From NCBI GenBank assembly GCA_038887515.1, contig JAWAKK010000002.1, forward strand, positions 256,001 to 320,000: a stretch of DNA of 64,000 nt, written 5' to 3'. The DNA is from Candidatus Nezhaarchaeales archaeon. Lineage in GTDB: Archaea; Thermoproteota; Methanomethylicia; Nezhaarchaeales; WYZ-LMO8. This document shows positions 49,892 to 60,389 of the stretch, in pieces. The stretch's first letter is position 1. Each line of letters starts with the position of its first letter. Both the position numbers and the translations under genes were made by a program. The notes under the pieces were generated by a model. That model searched no databases. It was not told the DNA's origin and was given only the letters and a program-made list of their open reading frames with translations.

Positions 49892-50316
49892 CTAGGCGTC
49901 TCCCTTTCAAAAAGGGGTTTACCTTTCGAGGTAGGCGGCGCTAACCAATCTATTACAGCTCTCGAATCAACTTCGGATATCTCCACCTTGACTGGTCCTA
50001 GGGGCGATTCACCTTCAGGTAGGCAGAACGTGATGTAATCCATGAAGGCGGCTTGCTTATGTAGATAAAAGGTAACTTTATGGCCATTCGACAATCTAAT
50101 CATAGTAGATCTCGCAGCATCCAAGATTCTTTGTTCTCTCAACTTTGAATGCAATTTTTTAAGGGCATCAGCCTTATCGGCCTCCGCTATTAGAATCTTC
50201 TGATTTCCTCTTTCTTCTACTCTCATCGTGGAAGGTGTGAAAAAGTTTAAAACCGCCCTTTTTACCTTCTCCTCATCTTCTGTTGGTCTTATCTCTACCT
50301 CAACTCTTATCTTCAC
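49888..50316 (-). CDS. UPF0201/DUF54 RNA-binding protein
   Basis: PTEDEEKV, QRILDAAR, HKQAA, ESPLGP. Confidence 0.9.
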   Translation of the reverse strand: MKIRVEVEIRPTEDEEKVKRAVLNFFTPSTMRVEERGNQKILIAEADKADALKKLHSKLREQRILDAARSTMIRLSNGHKVTFYLHKQAAFMDYITFCLPEGESPLGPVKVEISEVDSRAVIDWLAPPTSKGKPLFERETPR

Positions 50317-50318
50317 AC

Positions 50319-50867
50319 TTACCCCTCTTTAATTAAATGAGCTAACATCTTTTTGGCTTCCTCCTTAAACTCCTCCAAAGTGCCGTTATTTACTATCATG
50401 TAATCCGCTAATGCTATCACGTTCCCCAGTCCTAGTGAAAGTTCTTTAAAATCTCGTTCTCGCATTTCTTCAAAGCTTTGAGGATCACCCTCTCTAGCTC
50501 TTCTCTTTAACCGAATGTATCTATCAACTGGGGAGCTATGAATAGCTAGGATTACCACTTCTCCTATGGACTTGAACTCCTCTACTTCGTCGAGACTCCT
50601 TACACCTTCAACGACTGCAATACTCCAATTTTCGTGTAACATAACTTTTAAGACTCTTCTAGCTATAACCCTCGGTCCCTCTTTCTCCCTTAACTCGAAC
50701 ATAGCTTTCTTCACGTCTTCCCACGAAAGCCTTTCTCTCTCTCTTAAAACTTCTTCACGTATTATATCGCCCATAGAATAAACCTTTAAGCCCATGTTTC
50801 GGGCTACATCCGCGACTACTGTTTTCCCAGCTCCAGGCATACCAGTTAAACATATCAGCTTCTTCAA
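50319..50867 (-). CDS. UPF0200/dephospho-CoA kinase-like P-loop protein
   Basis: GMPGAGKT, SMGD, EGVRS..E, ADYMIVN; TTG start at 50867 after GGTGA. Confidence 0.88.
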   Translation of the reverse strand: MKKLICLTGMPGAGKTVVADVARNMGLKVYSMGDIIREEVLRERERLSWEDVKKAMFELREKEGPRVIARRVLKVMLHENWSIAVVEGVRSLDEVEEFKSIGEVVILAIHSSPVDRYIRLKRRAREGDPQSFEEMRERDFKELSLGLGNVIALADYMIVNNGTLEEFKEEAKKMLAHLIKEG

Positions 50868-50874
50868 TGAAAGT

Positions 50875-51708
50875 TCACCTCTTAACTTTCTCAAAACCAT
50901 GTTCCCTAGTCCTTATGTACACATTCGATAAGCCCTCGCCTATAGCTGCATTAGCCATCGTAATTAGCTCTTGTCTAGTAGGAGACTTCAAGCTCTTAAG
51001 GGAAGGGTCAAGGAGTTCAGCTTCAGGTCTAAATTGCTGAATTACAAGCCTAGTAACTCCGCGAACCCTCCTAGCAACTTCTCTAACGTAATCTACATTG
51101 CAAGTTAACCCTGGAACTGCGAGGAATCTTGCTTCAACCTCGATGTTAGACCTTAAAAGCAAATCGAGGGACTTCCCAATATTACTTACTATGGCCTCTC
51201 CCTGCCCCATTAACCCTATTACTCTCTCGTAAATCTTTGGATCTAATGGAGCTTTTATATCGATCGCTACTCTATCAACGAGTTGCTCTTTAAGTAATTC
51301 TTCTATCACGTTAGGAATTGAACCGTTGGTGTCAATTCCTACGCTAAGACTCTTCCTTTTTAACTCTCTACATAAGTCGATTAACCCTTCAGCTTGTAAG
51401 GTACATTCCCCGCCAGATATCACAACTCCATCGATTAGCGGCTTACTTCTCAAGACCAACTTAATGACTTCGTCGACCTCTAAAACCTTACCATAACTTG
51501 GATCCACGAGTCTTCCATTTTGACAGAAAGGACATCTAAAATTACATCCCGAGAAGAAAACCACATTACAAATTTTCAATGGCCAGTCGACCGTTGATAC
51601 GTCGACGATTCCGCCTATCTTGACTTTCGAGCTTCCTGCCTCTTTCAACAGAAACACCACCAGCCTTTTAAAGTTCTGGAGGAAAAACAATTTTTCTTCT
51701 TTGCGCAA
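50875..51708 (-). CDS. nrdG: Anaerobic ribonucleotide reductase-activating radical SAM protein (start probably ~20 codons downstream)
   Basis: STVDWP, GCNFRCPFCQN, SGGE, DTNG, DIKAP, QQFRP. Confidence 0.85.
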   Translation of the reverse strand: MRKEEKLFFLQNFKRLVVFLLKEAGSSKVKIGGIVDVSTVDWPLKICNVVFFSGCNFRCPFCQNGRLVDPSYGKVLEVDEVIKLVLRSKPLIDGVVISGGECTLQAEGLIDLCRELKRKSLSVGIDTNGSIPNVIEELLKEQLVDRVAIDIKAPLDPKIYERVIGLMGQGEAIVSNIGKSLDLLLRSNIEVEARFLAVPGLTCNVDYVREVARRVRGVTRLVIQQFRPEAELLDPSLKSLKSPTRQELITMANAAIGEGLSNVYIRTREHGFEKVKR

Positions 51709-51731
51709 AATAGGTTTGGAGGGTTATTTAA

Positions 51732-52622
51732 ATGCCAGTGGTAGTGCCAGGTCCAGCTTCTCCGCAGCTTGCACAACGCTTAGCTAGAGCCTGTGGCTTT
51801 ACATGTACAAAAGTAGACTACAGAATCTTTCCGGATGGAGAGTCGTATGTTAGAATAGTAGAAGATCTTAAAGGAGAGGTTGCTATAGTAGTCCAGTCTT
51901 GTCCTCCTCCGCAAGATAAGAGGATAATAGAACTGCTCCAACTAATTGATGCGTCTTTAAGGGCCGGAGCTTCAAGGATTATAGCTGTTGTACCGTACCT
52001 TGCCTACTCAAGGCAGGATAAAGTTTTTCTAGCCTATGAGGCTTTAAGCTCTAAGATAATTGCAAGGACCATAGAGACTGTAGGTGCAAGCTCGCTTATT
52101 ACGGTCAACGTCCATAGTGAGCATGTTTTAAATTACTTCGACAGCATGAAGGTTTTTAACGTTGATGCCTTCCCAGAAATAGCCTCTCATTTAGAGTCGC
52201 TCGATCTAAAGAATCCTTTAGTGCTATCACCAGATAAGAAACGGTATCTGGATGCCCAACGTGTAGCTAAGTTGATTAATGGAGAAGCCGCTTTTCTCGA
52301 AAAGAAGAGGGACCTGAAGACTGGCGAGATAGTAACCGAGGAAAAGGTGCTAGAAGTCGAAAATAGGGACGTGGTAATTCTCGACGACATTATAAGTACT
52401 GGAGGTACTGTAGCCAATGCAGCGAAGATAATTTCTAAAGGAAATCCTAGGAAAGTCATAGCGGCTTGCGTTCACGGCCTTTATGTAGCTAACGCCCTCG
52501 AAAAGCTTGTGGTTGCTGGCGTTCAAGATATGGTGAGTACTGATACAATAGAAAACCAAACTTCAAAGGTAACTGTCGCGAAACCAATAGGAGAAGCCGT
52601 AAAACAACTCGTGGAGGGTTGA
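51732..52622 (+). CDS. prs: Ribose-phosphate pyrophosphokinase
   Basis: FPDGE, PYLAYSRQD, DDIISTGGT. Confidence 0.97.
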   Translation: MPVVVPGPASPQLAQRLARACGFTCTKVDYRIFPDGESYVRIVEDLKGEVAIVVQSCPPPQDKRIIELLQLIDASLRAGASRIIAVVPYLAYSRQDKVFLAYEALSSKIIARTIETVGASSLITVNVHSEHVLNYFDSMKVFNVDAFPEIASHLESLDLKNPLVLSPDKKRYLDAQRVAKLINGEAAFLEKKRDLKTGEIVTEEKVLEVENRDVVILDDIISTGGTVANAAKIISKGNPRKVIAACVHGLYVANALEKLVVAGVQDMVSTDTIENQTSKVTVAKPIGEAVKQLVEG

Positions 52623-53188
52623 AATTGTCCTCGAACTTAATTCGATGCTTCGTCGCGATAGACATAGACAATCCGGGCATCATAAGTAAGATAGTCGACA
52701 TCCAAGAGAGGCTTCAAGTCGGAGGCTCAAAAATAAAGCCAGTAGAGCCCGAAAACCTTCACTTAACACTATTCTTTTTGGGGGAACTACCGCTTAAGGT
52801 TATTGAAAAGGTACGGGAAGTCATGTCTACGATATCGTTCAATTCTTTCACCTTAAAGCTTCAGGGGTTGGGTGCGTTCCCTACCCAAGATAGGCCGCGA
52901 GTTATATGGATTGGAGTAACGGAGGGATTCAATGATGTTGAAAGTATATACAAGAGCTTAAGGCCAAAGCTTCAAGCCATACCCTTAAGGCTTGAGTCTG
53001 AGGAGTCCTTCGTGCCGCACATAACTATAGCTAGGGTAAAGTTTTCAGGTTATGGATTGAAAAACGTAATCGCAAGCTTGAAGGATATAGAGATTGGGGT
53101 TCAAGAGGTCAAGGCTGTAAGGCTTAAGAAAAGCACTCTGACTCCACGAGGCCCAATATACGAAACGCTATATGAAGTTAAAGGGTGA
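52619..53188 (+). CDS. thpR: RNA 2',3'-cyclic phosphodiesterase (2H family)
   Basis: HLTL and HITI 2H motifs. Confidence 0.95.
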   Translation: MKLSSNLIRCFVAIDIDNPGIISKIVDIQERLQVGGSKIKPVEPENLHLTLFFLGELPLKVIEKVREVMSTISFNSFTLKLQGLGAFPTQDRPRVIWIGVTEGFNDVESIYKSLRPKLQAIPLRLESEESFVPHITIARVKFSGYGLKNVIASLKDIEIGVQEVKAVRLKKSTLTPRGPIYETLYEVKG

Positions 53189-53199
53189 CGTAAAAAATC

Positions 53200-54636
53200 A
53201 TGTTAGACGATGAAGTTGAAAAGCTACTTCTTGACGCTCTTAAAGAACTCTTACCCAAAGAAGATGAGCGTGAAAAAGTTGGGAGAATAGTCCGCTATTT
53301 TAAATCTAGGATAGACGAAGTTTGCAGTGAGCTAAACGTAAATGTTAGAGCTGAACTTCAAGGCTCCATAGCTAAGGACACGTGGATCAGTGGGGACAGA
53401 GATATAGACATTTTCATAGTATTTCCGCGGGGAACGCCGGCAGCTGCGGTAAGGACTTTGGGTCTTGAAATAGCAAGGAGAGCGGCCAAAGATAACTACA
53501 TCGAATGCTACGCTGAACATCCATACGTTAGAGCCTTCGTAGAGGGCTACGCTGTCGATATAGTTCCATGTAGTGAATACGACCCTAAAGATGGCAAACC
53601 GCTTACAGCTGTCGATAGAACTCCTCTGCATACACGATTTGTAAACGATAGACTTAATGAAGATCTAAGAAATGAAATTCGTCTACTAAAGGGTTTTATG
53701 AAGGGGGTAGGCGTTTACGGTGCTGAGATAAAAGTGTCAGGCTTCTCTGGTTACCTATGCGAACTTTTAGTGTTGTATTACAAATCGTTTTTAGAAGTTG
53801 TTAGAAATGCGAGGTACTGGAAGCCTTTCTCGACAGTGATTGACTTAGCAAAACATTACGAGGATTCTAGAGAAGCATTAAAGATATTTAAAAGTCCGCT
53901 CGTAGTTATTGACCCAATAGATAAAGATAGAAATGTTGCCGCGGCCCTTTCACTCGATAAGCTTTCCCTCTTCACACTTGCTTGTCAAATATTTACATTG
54001 AAGCCAAGCAAGTTATTCTTTAAAAATGAAAAATCTCTCCCATTGGAAGAAGCTACCGAAAAGGATGTAAGGAACTATGTAGAGAAAAGTAAGACGACAC
54101 TCCTCGCAATAGCTACTACCATGAAGCCTTTGCCGCCCGACGTATTGTGGGGACAAATAAAGCGATCGTGTAGTGGCTTGTCAAGGTTATTAGAAAAAGA
54201 GGGCTTCAAGGTTTTAAGGTGGTCCGCCTGGTCTGACGACGAGAGAGAAGTCGTTCTCTTATTTGAACTTGAAAGTGATAAGATAACGCCAACAGTAAAG
54301 CACGTAGGTCCTCCTATATCGTCAATCAATGATGTTATAAGGTTCCTAAGGAAACACGTATCGTCCACTAAAACCGTTGCCGGGCCTTACGTTGAAAGTG
54401 ATAGACTAGTGGTACTGACGGTTAGGAGAACAGGTGAAGTTATCTCCTTTCTTAGGAACAATATCCAGAGGGCTGAATTGAGCAAGGATTTTGCTAAGGC
54501 ATTAGAAGAGCGACTTGATATAGCGGTAAATGAGGAGATAGTGGGAGTCTGTCAAGGGAAGAGTAGCGACTATAAGCTTTTCTTAAGGTCTTTCTTGAGG
54601 GGTTCACCGCATTGGCTTCAAGGCCTATACGTTTAG
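53200..54636 (+). CDS. cca: CCA-adding enzyme (class I)
   Basis: GSIAKDTW...DIDIF, YAEHPY, AVDRTPLH, GFSGYLCELL. Confidence 0.97.
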   Translation: MLDDEVEKLLLDALKELLPKEDEREKVGRIVRYFKSRIDEVCSELNVNVRAELQGSIAKDTWISGDRDIDIFIVFPRGTPAAAVRTLGLEIARRAAKDNYIECYAEHPYVRAFVEGYAVDIVPCSEYDPKDGKPLTAVDRTPLHTRFVNDRLNEDLRNEIRLLKGFMKGVGVYGAEIKVSGFSGYLCELLVLYYKSFLEVVRNARYWKPFSTVIDLAKHYEDSREALKIFKSPLVVIDPIDKDRNVAAALSLDKLSLFTLACQIFTLKPSKLFFKNEKSLPLEEATEKDVRNYVEKSKTTLLAIATTMKPLPPDVLWGQIKRSCSGLSRLLEKEGFKVLRWSAWSDDEREVVLLFELESDKITPTVKHVGPPISSINDVIRFLRKHVSSTKTVAGPYVESDRLVVLTVRRTGEVISFLRNNIQRAELSKDFAKALEERLDIAVNEEIVGVCQGKSSDYKLFLRSFLRGSPHWLQGLYV

Positions 54637-55388
54637 CTTTAGAGGATGGAAGCGAGGTTCCTTGGCTCACCTTCATTGTTTGCTTTCCAAAACCCAGTGG
54701 AAGAGAGCTTCAGAGAAGACTTCAACAACTCCTAGAACTTGGAGTAACGGAATTGATACTTGATGGTCCTCAGAACATAGACCATTTTAAAGTTTTGGGT
54801 AAAGGTTGTGACAGCATTATAGTAAAAGCTTTAGCGAAAAACATTGTTGTAGCATTAAAGATCAGGAGAACTGATTCTCACGTTAGGACGCTAGCTATTG
54901 AGGGCGAGAACCAGAAACTAGCAAATAGCGTTGGTGTTGGAGCTAAGGTTTATGGTTTTAGCGACGACTTCATAGTTATGGATATAGTAAATGGATTACA
55001 TATAGACTCGTTCGTAGAAAAAGCTAGTAATTATGATGCCAAGAGGGTAGTAATTGACTTGTTAAAACAATGTAGGAGACTAGACCTATTACACTTAGAC
55101 CACGGTGAGCTTTCGAGGGCACACAGGCATGTAATGGTTACTCCGGATCTTAAACCCGTGATAATAGACTTTGGAAGTTCAAGCAGGGTCAGGAAGCCAT
55201 CAAACGTGTCGTCAATATTTAACTTCTTATTCCTGTCTAAAAGAAAGTTGTCGGCATTATTGTTAGAGAAGTTAGGGGTCTCGTTGATTGAGGATGAAGC
55301 CATTAAGATGCTTCGAGAATATAAGAGAGGATTGTCGGAGGAACTCTTCACGAAATTATTGAGCATGGTCTCTCTAGGCGAAACATAG
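54612..55388 (+). CDS. RIO-like Ser/Thr protein kinase (COG2112-like)
   Basis: LGKG, ALKIRR, DHGELS, IIDFGS. Confidence 0.88.
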   Translation: MASRPIRLALEDGSEVPWLTFIVCFPKPSGRELQRRLQQLLELGVTELILDGPQNIDHFKVLGKGCDSIIVKALAKNIVVALKIRRTDSHVRTLAIEGENQKLANSVGVGAKVYGFSDDFIVMDIVNGLHIDSFVEKASNYDAKRVVIDLLKQCRRLDLLHLDHGELSRAHRHVMVTPDLKPVIIDFGSSSRVRKPSNVSSIFNFLFLSKRKLSALLLEKLGVSLIEDEAIKMLREYKRGLSEELFTKLLSMVSLGET

Positions 55389-55424
55389 ATAAATAGCCTC
55401 ATCTAAACCTCTCAACGCTAAAGA

Positions 55425-55524
55425 GGGGCCGTAGTCTAGCCTGGACTAGGATGCCAGCCTGGGGAGAAGTCCCCACAACTTCACGGATCGCTGGTGATCG
55501 GGGGTTCAAATCCCCCCGGCCCCA
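55425..55524 (+). tRNA. tRNA-Pro(GGG) with a 24-nt canonical 37/38 intron (55465-55488)
   Basis: CCAGC-CTGGGG|intron|C-GCTGG; intron stem GAAGT/ACTTC; acceptor GGGGCCG/CGGCCCC-A. Confidence 0.93.
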
Positions 55525-57647
55525 TTAACCTTATATCCTAGCATCCTTTGTGCTTGTTCCACAATTTTTTGAGCTACTTTCGGCCCTATCTTTGGTATCT
55601 GAGCTAACTCAGTGTGCTTAGCCTTCGCGATGTCCATTATGCTTCTTAACCCATGTTTATAAAGCATCCTAGCTCTAACCCTTCCTATACCTTCAAGCCT
55701 TAAAAGTTCCAGCAACTCTTCTTTTACGCCCCACCTTATTCTCGGAACTAATCTACTAAGGTTCTTCGCATGTGTCACAAAGTTCATGACTTTGGCTATC
55801 TCACTAGTAGCGTAACAAATCCACTCCGCTACCTGCGTAATCGCATATATGTCCCCTGGACCTACGTCATACTTAAGCAATAAGTCGTTCTCGGGGACTT
55901 CGTTTATCCAATCATGTATTAGGAGAGCCGTCTTCACCTCGGACAATGTTGCAGCAAAGTTTTCCTCGTCTAGCAAAACTTCGTTGCTATCTAAGATGAA
56001 AGATCCCAACTCCTCCATTTCCTTCTTTTTAACATGGAGTTTAGGTACCTCAGGTACTTTACTTATTAAATGTAAATACTTCAGCGTCGAGGCCTCTCCT
56101 AACCCCTTTAGGTATTTCAACAACACCATTGCTGATAGTGGATCTATGTATAGCTCTGAAATTCTACGGCCAAGCTTCGTAGCTCTTATAACGCCTCCAC
56201 GAATTGTTACGAATCCTTCTCTTTCTAGAAACCTTAAAATTCCTTTTATGCTCAACATGGCTCCAATGCCGGTAAATTGATGCGCATAAAACGTCTTGGA
56301 AATAAAAGCTTGAACATCGCCAAGAGTAGCTTCATCCAAAGACGCGATGGTCGCTAGGACCTGCTTTCTCAGCGATGCTTCATTTGCCAATTGCGAAGTT
56401 ATATTTTCTGGCTTGGACTTTACATAGTGTGTGAATACATCTAAAGCTTCTACTTCGGTCTTTGCTATCGCTATAGCCTCTCCATGCTCATCGTACTGCG
56501 GCCTTCCAGCCCTACCAGCCATCTGGTGGAACTCAAGTATTGGAATCTTGTACATTCCACGATCAACTTCATACCTCTTGTAGTCTTGTATTATAACCCT
56601 TCGAGCTGGCAAATTGACACCAGCAGCTAGCGTCGGCGTTGAACATACAACCTTTATCTTAAACCTCCTAAACCCTTCTTCTATTATCCTCCTCTGCCTG
56701 GCCGAAAGGCCCGCGTGATGGAACGCTACCCCCCTCCTTATTAACGCTACAAGTTCTTCATTTACAATGGAGGCCTCTTCACCTTCTTCAATTTCGTCGC
56801 AAACGTCCCTGACATCTTTTGGATCTATGAACCCCTCTAAGTGTCTAGAAATTTTGCCAGCATACTTCACAGCATTTTGACGCGTGTTAGCAAATACAAG
56901 GCATTGTCCTCCTTCTCTAACTACCTCTAAGGTCATATCTATTATCGGGTCGCCTGTTATCCTCTCAAAAACGTGCTCCTTACCATCGTCAAAGAGTACT
57001 CTGCTACCTAAACAAACGCCGACTTTCAATGGTACAGGCCGCCAATTACTTTCAACTAATTCTGCTTCAAGCCAATCGGCTATCTCCTTTGCGTTGCTTA
57101 TCGTGGCGCTAAGTGCTACGATCTGCAACTTGCTATTAGAAGCCTTCAACCTTGCCAACACAGCTTCTAAGGTTGGTCCCCTATCTGGGTCATTTATCAA
57201 GTGTATTTCATCTGATACTACTACACCGACTTCATTAAGCCAAGGAGCCTTATGTCTTATTAGGCTATCGAGCTTCTCGTTTGTACAAATTATAACATCG
57301 TAGTTGATTAACCACCTATCATCGCTATCGTAATCGCCTGTGGTAACCGCCGCTTTCAAGAGCCCTTTCTCTTCGTACTTTTTAAATTCAAGCCACTTTT
57401 CATAGGCCAACGCCCTAAGAGGCGTCAGATAAAGAGCTTTTACTCTTCGTTCTATAACACCTTTCGTTATTGCAAGTTCGGCGATAAGGGTCTTTCCCGA
57501 AGCTGTGGGAGCGGAAACAACGAGGTTTTTACCTTTCAATAGCCCAGCTTCTACAGCTTTCTCTTGGGGCGGATAGAGCTTCCTAAACCCCCTTTCGATA
57601 AGCACGTGCTTGACTTCATCAGGAACTTCTAAGGATTCTACATCGAT
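55506..57647 (-). CDS. hel308: Hel308/Hjm Ski2-like DNA helicase (probable ATC start at 57647)
   Basis: LYPPQ, APTASGKT, DEIH, SAT, FHHAGL, QMAGRAGR, C-terminal HhH. Confidence 0.96.
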   Translation of the reverse strand: MDVESLEVPDEVKHVLIERGFRKLYPPQEKAVEAGLLKGKNLVVSAPTASGKTLIAELAITKGVIERRVKALYLTPLRALAYEKWLEFKKYEEKGLLKAAVTTGDYDSDDRWLINYDVIICTNEKLDSLIRHKAPWLNEVGVVVSDEIHLINDPDRGPTLEAVLARLKASNSKLQIVALSATISNAKEIADWLEAELVESNWRPVPLKVGVCLGSRVLFDDGKEHVFERITGDPIIDMTLEVVREGGQCLVFANTRQNAVKYAGKISRHLEGFIDPKDVRDVCDEIEEGEEASIVNEELVALIRRGVAFHHAGLSARQRRIIEEGFRRFKIKVVCSTPTLAAGVNLPARRVIIQDYKRYEVDRGMYKIPILEFHQMAGRAGRPQYDEHGEAIAIAKTEVEALDVFTHYVKSKPENITSQLANEASLRKQVLATIASLDEATLGDVQAFISKTFYAHQFTGIGAMLSIKGILRFLEREGFVTIRGGVIRATKLGRRISELYIDPLSAMVLLKYLKGLGEASTLKYLHLISKVPEVPKLHVKKKEMEELGSFILDSNEVLLDEENFAATLSEVKTALLIHDWINEVPENDLLLKYDVGPGDIYAITQVAEWICYATSEIAKVMNFVTHAKNLSRLVPRIRWGVKEELLELLRLEGIGRVRARMLYKHGLRSIMDIAKAKHTELAQIPKIGPKVAQKIVEQAQRMLGYKVNGAGGI

Positions 57648-57672
57648 CGCCTCTCACCTTAACCTTTGGGTA

Positions 57673-59736
57673 CTAAACCTTCTTATAGTAACCATCACGA
57701 GGTTGGAACAGCACGCCGTCGTTGACAAGTTGTTTCAATGCTTTTTCGACGAAAGCCTTATCCATACCCTCTTGCTGAGCTTTCTCAAATATCAGTTCCT
57801 TGCTAACAGGTCCTCCTTGAAGCTCCTTTTGAAGCTCTTCCACTATCTCTACCAACTTAACCATTTTCTGCTGGACCGTTCTAGGCTTGCCTATCATTAT
57901 TATATCTATATCAGGTCGACCTGCCGCGTCGCTCCCTACAGTCCTCAAATAGTAGTCCATAAGCTTAATGGCTGCCTCAGCATCTTCTGCTCTCACTTCG
58001 CTTCTAAGTGCCATACGTGCCCTCGCTTCTGAGGCTCTTACAAGCGTTTCTAACTGCCTAACAGTGATAGGTACGGGGCTATCTTCCGAGGCCTTTTCCC
58101 TTAAGCTAAGGAAGTAGCTCTTTATTTTCTCGAGAGCCTCATCAGTTAACCTTGGTTTCACGTTTCTTCTAGCATACGATATGTATTTTCTAAGAAATTC
58201 GGGATTGAATGGTGCTATGGGCTCGCTCTTCATAGATCTTAAGCTTAAGACGTGGTCTGCTAATGCAGAGTCTCTAATTTTATTTGGCTTGTCGAGCGTT
58301 ACGAATATGAAGTCGAAACGAGACAATATCGTTACCGGCAGATTTATGTTCTCTGATACAGGCCTATTGGACATATATCTGCCGAATCTGGGGTTCGCAG
58401 CAGCTAGGACTGACGTTCTCGCGTTGAGCATGGCCACTATTCCTGCTTTGGCTATACTAATGGTCTGTTGTTCCATTGTCTCATGCATTGCAACTCTATC
58501 TTCATCCCTCATCTTGTCTATTTCGTCTATAGCGGCAACTCCGTTATCGGCGAGCACTAGGGCACCGGCTTCAAGGAAAAAGTCTCCTGTATTCTTGTCT
58601 CTAACAACTGTTGCCGTCAGACCGGCTGCCGTTGAGCCCTTACCGGAAGTATAGATTCCTCGCGGAGCGAGCTTAGCAACGTATTGAAGTAGTTGGCTCT
58701 TGGCCGTCCCAGGATCTCCAACAATGAGTACATGCAGGTCCCCCCGTATCTTTACCCCATCAGGCATGACCTTTGGGACTCCGCCGAAAAGCATGTAAGC
58801 TATGGCCTCCTTCACTTCCTCCATTCCGTAAATCGAAGGAGCTATTGACCTTATTATCTTGTCAACAATTGCTGGGTCGCGGGCTGCCTCCCTTATCTTC
58901 TCTTCGTCTTCAGGAGTTATTTCAACGTCTTCTATTCCTTTAATTGGGACTTCGAGGTAATTGGCTTCTAAGTATGTTGTAAATGTGGTTAACCTACCTA
59001 ACTTTGGTGAATGGTCTTGCCTAACGGATAAAATACCACTTACCAAAACTCTATCGCCAGGCCTAGCCTTATCGACTAGGTCGTCGGTTACGAAAACCTC
59101 TACGGAACGTGGTAATTGACCGGAGGGCACGTCTTCAGGCTTTTCTTGAATTACAAGCGTCTGGACATCCATGTATGTGGAGTTTTCTGGACTGAACTCC
59201 AAGGTTCCTCTTTTCCCACATTTAGGACAAGTATTCGGATAATTGAAGGTTCTAGAATTTTGTGGTACTTTAATTATTTCTTGACAGTTATCGTTCCTAC
59301 ATATGAATGCACCCTCTACGATTCTTTGCTTTATGCTACTAGCTCTAACAACGACGCCGTCAACAGTTATGATCTTATTAATATGCTCGGCTCTAATCTT
59401 CCTAATAGGGACGGTGTCGCCAGCTTTTCTGAACCTGGCATAAAACTTTCCAATTTTCTCAGCGTAAACTCTATTTTCGTTCTTTACAACGTCATAAAGA
59501 GCCATTGACGCGTAATCGAGATACTCCCTTGGTTTATCGACGACTCCTCTAGCCAGGTTCTCGTTGAATAATAATAAATCCTCAAAGTCTATTACAAGGG
59601 ACTTAGAACCTGATACTATCATATGACGTATCCTTTCTCTATACTTTAAAGCCCCCTTATCATCGATGAAAGACTTCAAGAACTCCGAGAAATGCCCTGT
59701 CGGATCTTCATGTCTTACTTCAACCATTGTCTTCAC
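57673..59736 (-). CDS. mcm: MCM replicative helicase
   Basis: Zn finger, GDPGTAKSQ, IDEIDKM, LSRFD; no intein. Confidence 0.98.
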   Translation of the reverse strand: MKTMVEVRHEDPTGHFSEFLKSFIDDKGALKYRERIRHMIVSGSKSLVIDFEDLLLFNENLARGVVDKPREYLDYASMALYDVVKNENRVYAEKIGKFYARFRKAGDTVPIRKIRAEHINKIITVDGVVVRASSIKQRIVEGAFICRNDNCQEIIKVPQNSRTFNYPNTCPKCGKRGTLEFSPENSTYMDVQTLVIQEKPEDVPSGQLPRSVEVFVTDDLVDKARPGDRVLVSGILSVRQDHSPKLGRLTTFTTYLEANYLEVPIKGIEDVEITPEDEEKIREAARDPAIVDKIIRSIAPSIYGMEEVKEAIAYMLFGGVPKVMPDGVKIRGDLHVLIVGDPGTAKSQLLQYVAKLAPRGIYTSGKGSTAAGLTATVVRDKNTGDFFLEAGALVLADNGVAAIDEIDKMRDEDRVAMHETMEQQTISIAKAGIVAMLNARTSVLAAANPRFGRYMSNRPVSENINLPVTILSRFDFIFVTLDKPNKIRDSALADHVLSLRSMKSEPIAPFNPEFLRKYISYARRNVKPRLTDEALEKIKSYFLSLREKASEDSPVPITVRQLETLVRASEARARMALRSEVRAEDAEAAIKLMDYYLRTVGSDAAGRPDIDIIMIGKPRTVQQKMVKLVEIVEELQKELQGGPVSKELIFEKAQQEGMDKAFVEKALKQLVNDGVLFQPRDGYYKKV

Positions 59737-60265
59737 CTCTAATGCTTCGACGCCACCTTAAGATGAGATTGACCAATTCATTAAAAAATATCTTCTCTTC
59801 GGGTGCGAGTCTCTCAAAGACCTCCTTTGGAGGCTGAGTACCCATCAAAGCCATGTTTACGATCTTCTGAATTCTACAATTAATTATGTCAGTTAACTTT
59901 ACTTCGGCTATTCTCTTTTCGTTTAAAACTTCAGGGTTATTTTTTGCTCTCTCATTTAGAAGTTTGAGGTAACTTTTCGCTTTAACATAAAATGTAGGTT
60001 CGAGCTGAAGGAGTTGAGAAGTTCTATTCTCTCCCCAAGCAACCTTCGAGATAACTTTTAAATCTATACTCTTATCGTCGACTATCTCGACGTATCCTCC
60101 ATCCTTTAAGATATTAGCTATCCAACGCTCTACCTCTAACTCTTGGTCTTGTGCTAAGGGACCTAAAACTTCGTTTCCTACTTTTATCTCGGGGATCCTT
60201 TTAAGGACTTTAATCTTTACTTTTTCCATTTCGTATAAGGGCTTTCCGCAAAAAAACGTGGACAT
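59720..60265 (-). CDS. gins23: GINS subunit (Gins23, B-then-A domain order)
   Basis: Directly upstream of mcm; EVERWIA beta domain then helical domain with RIQKI and LAPEE. Confidence 0.82.
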   Translation of the reverse strand: MSTFFCGKPLYEMEKVKIKVLKRIPEIKVGNEVLGPLAQDQELEVERWIANILKDGGYVEIVDDKSIDLKVISKVAWGENRTSQLLQLEPTFYVKAKSYLKLLNERAKNNPEVLNEKRIAEVKLTDIINCRIQKIVNMALMGTQPPKEVFERLAPEEKIFFNELVNLILRWRRSIRGEDNG

Positions 60266-60389
60266 TAGTCTCTTCTCTATTTATTATTCTCCCCCCTACT
60301 AAAGGCTAACTTTAAATGCGCGGCATCGATCTACTTCACATTGGCTAAACCCTATAAGAGTGTAGTGCAATAGATAATCTGAGGGTTAT

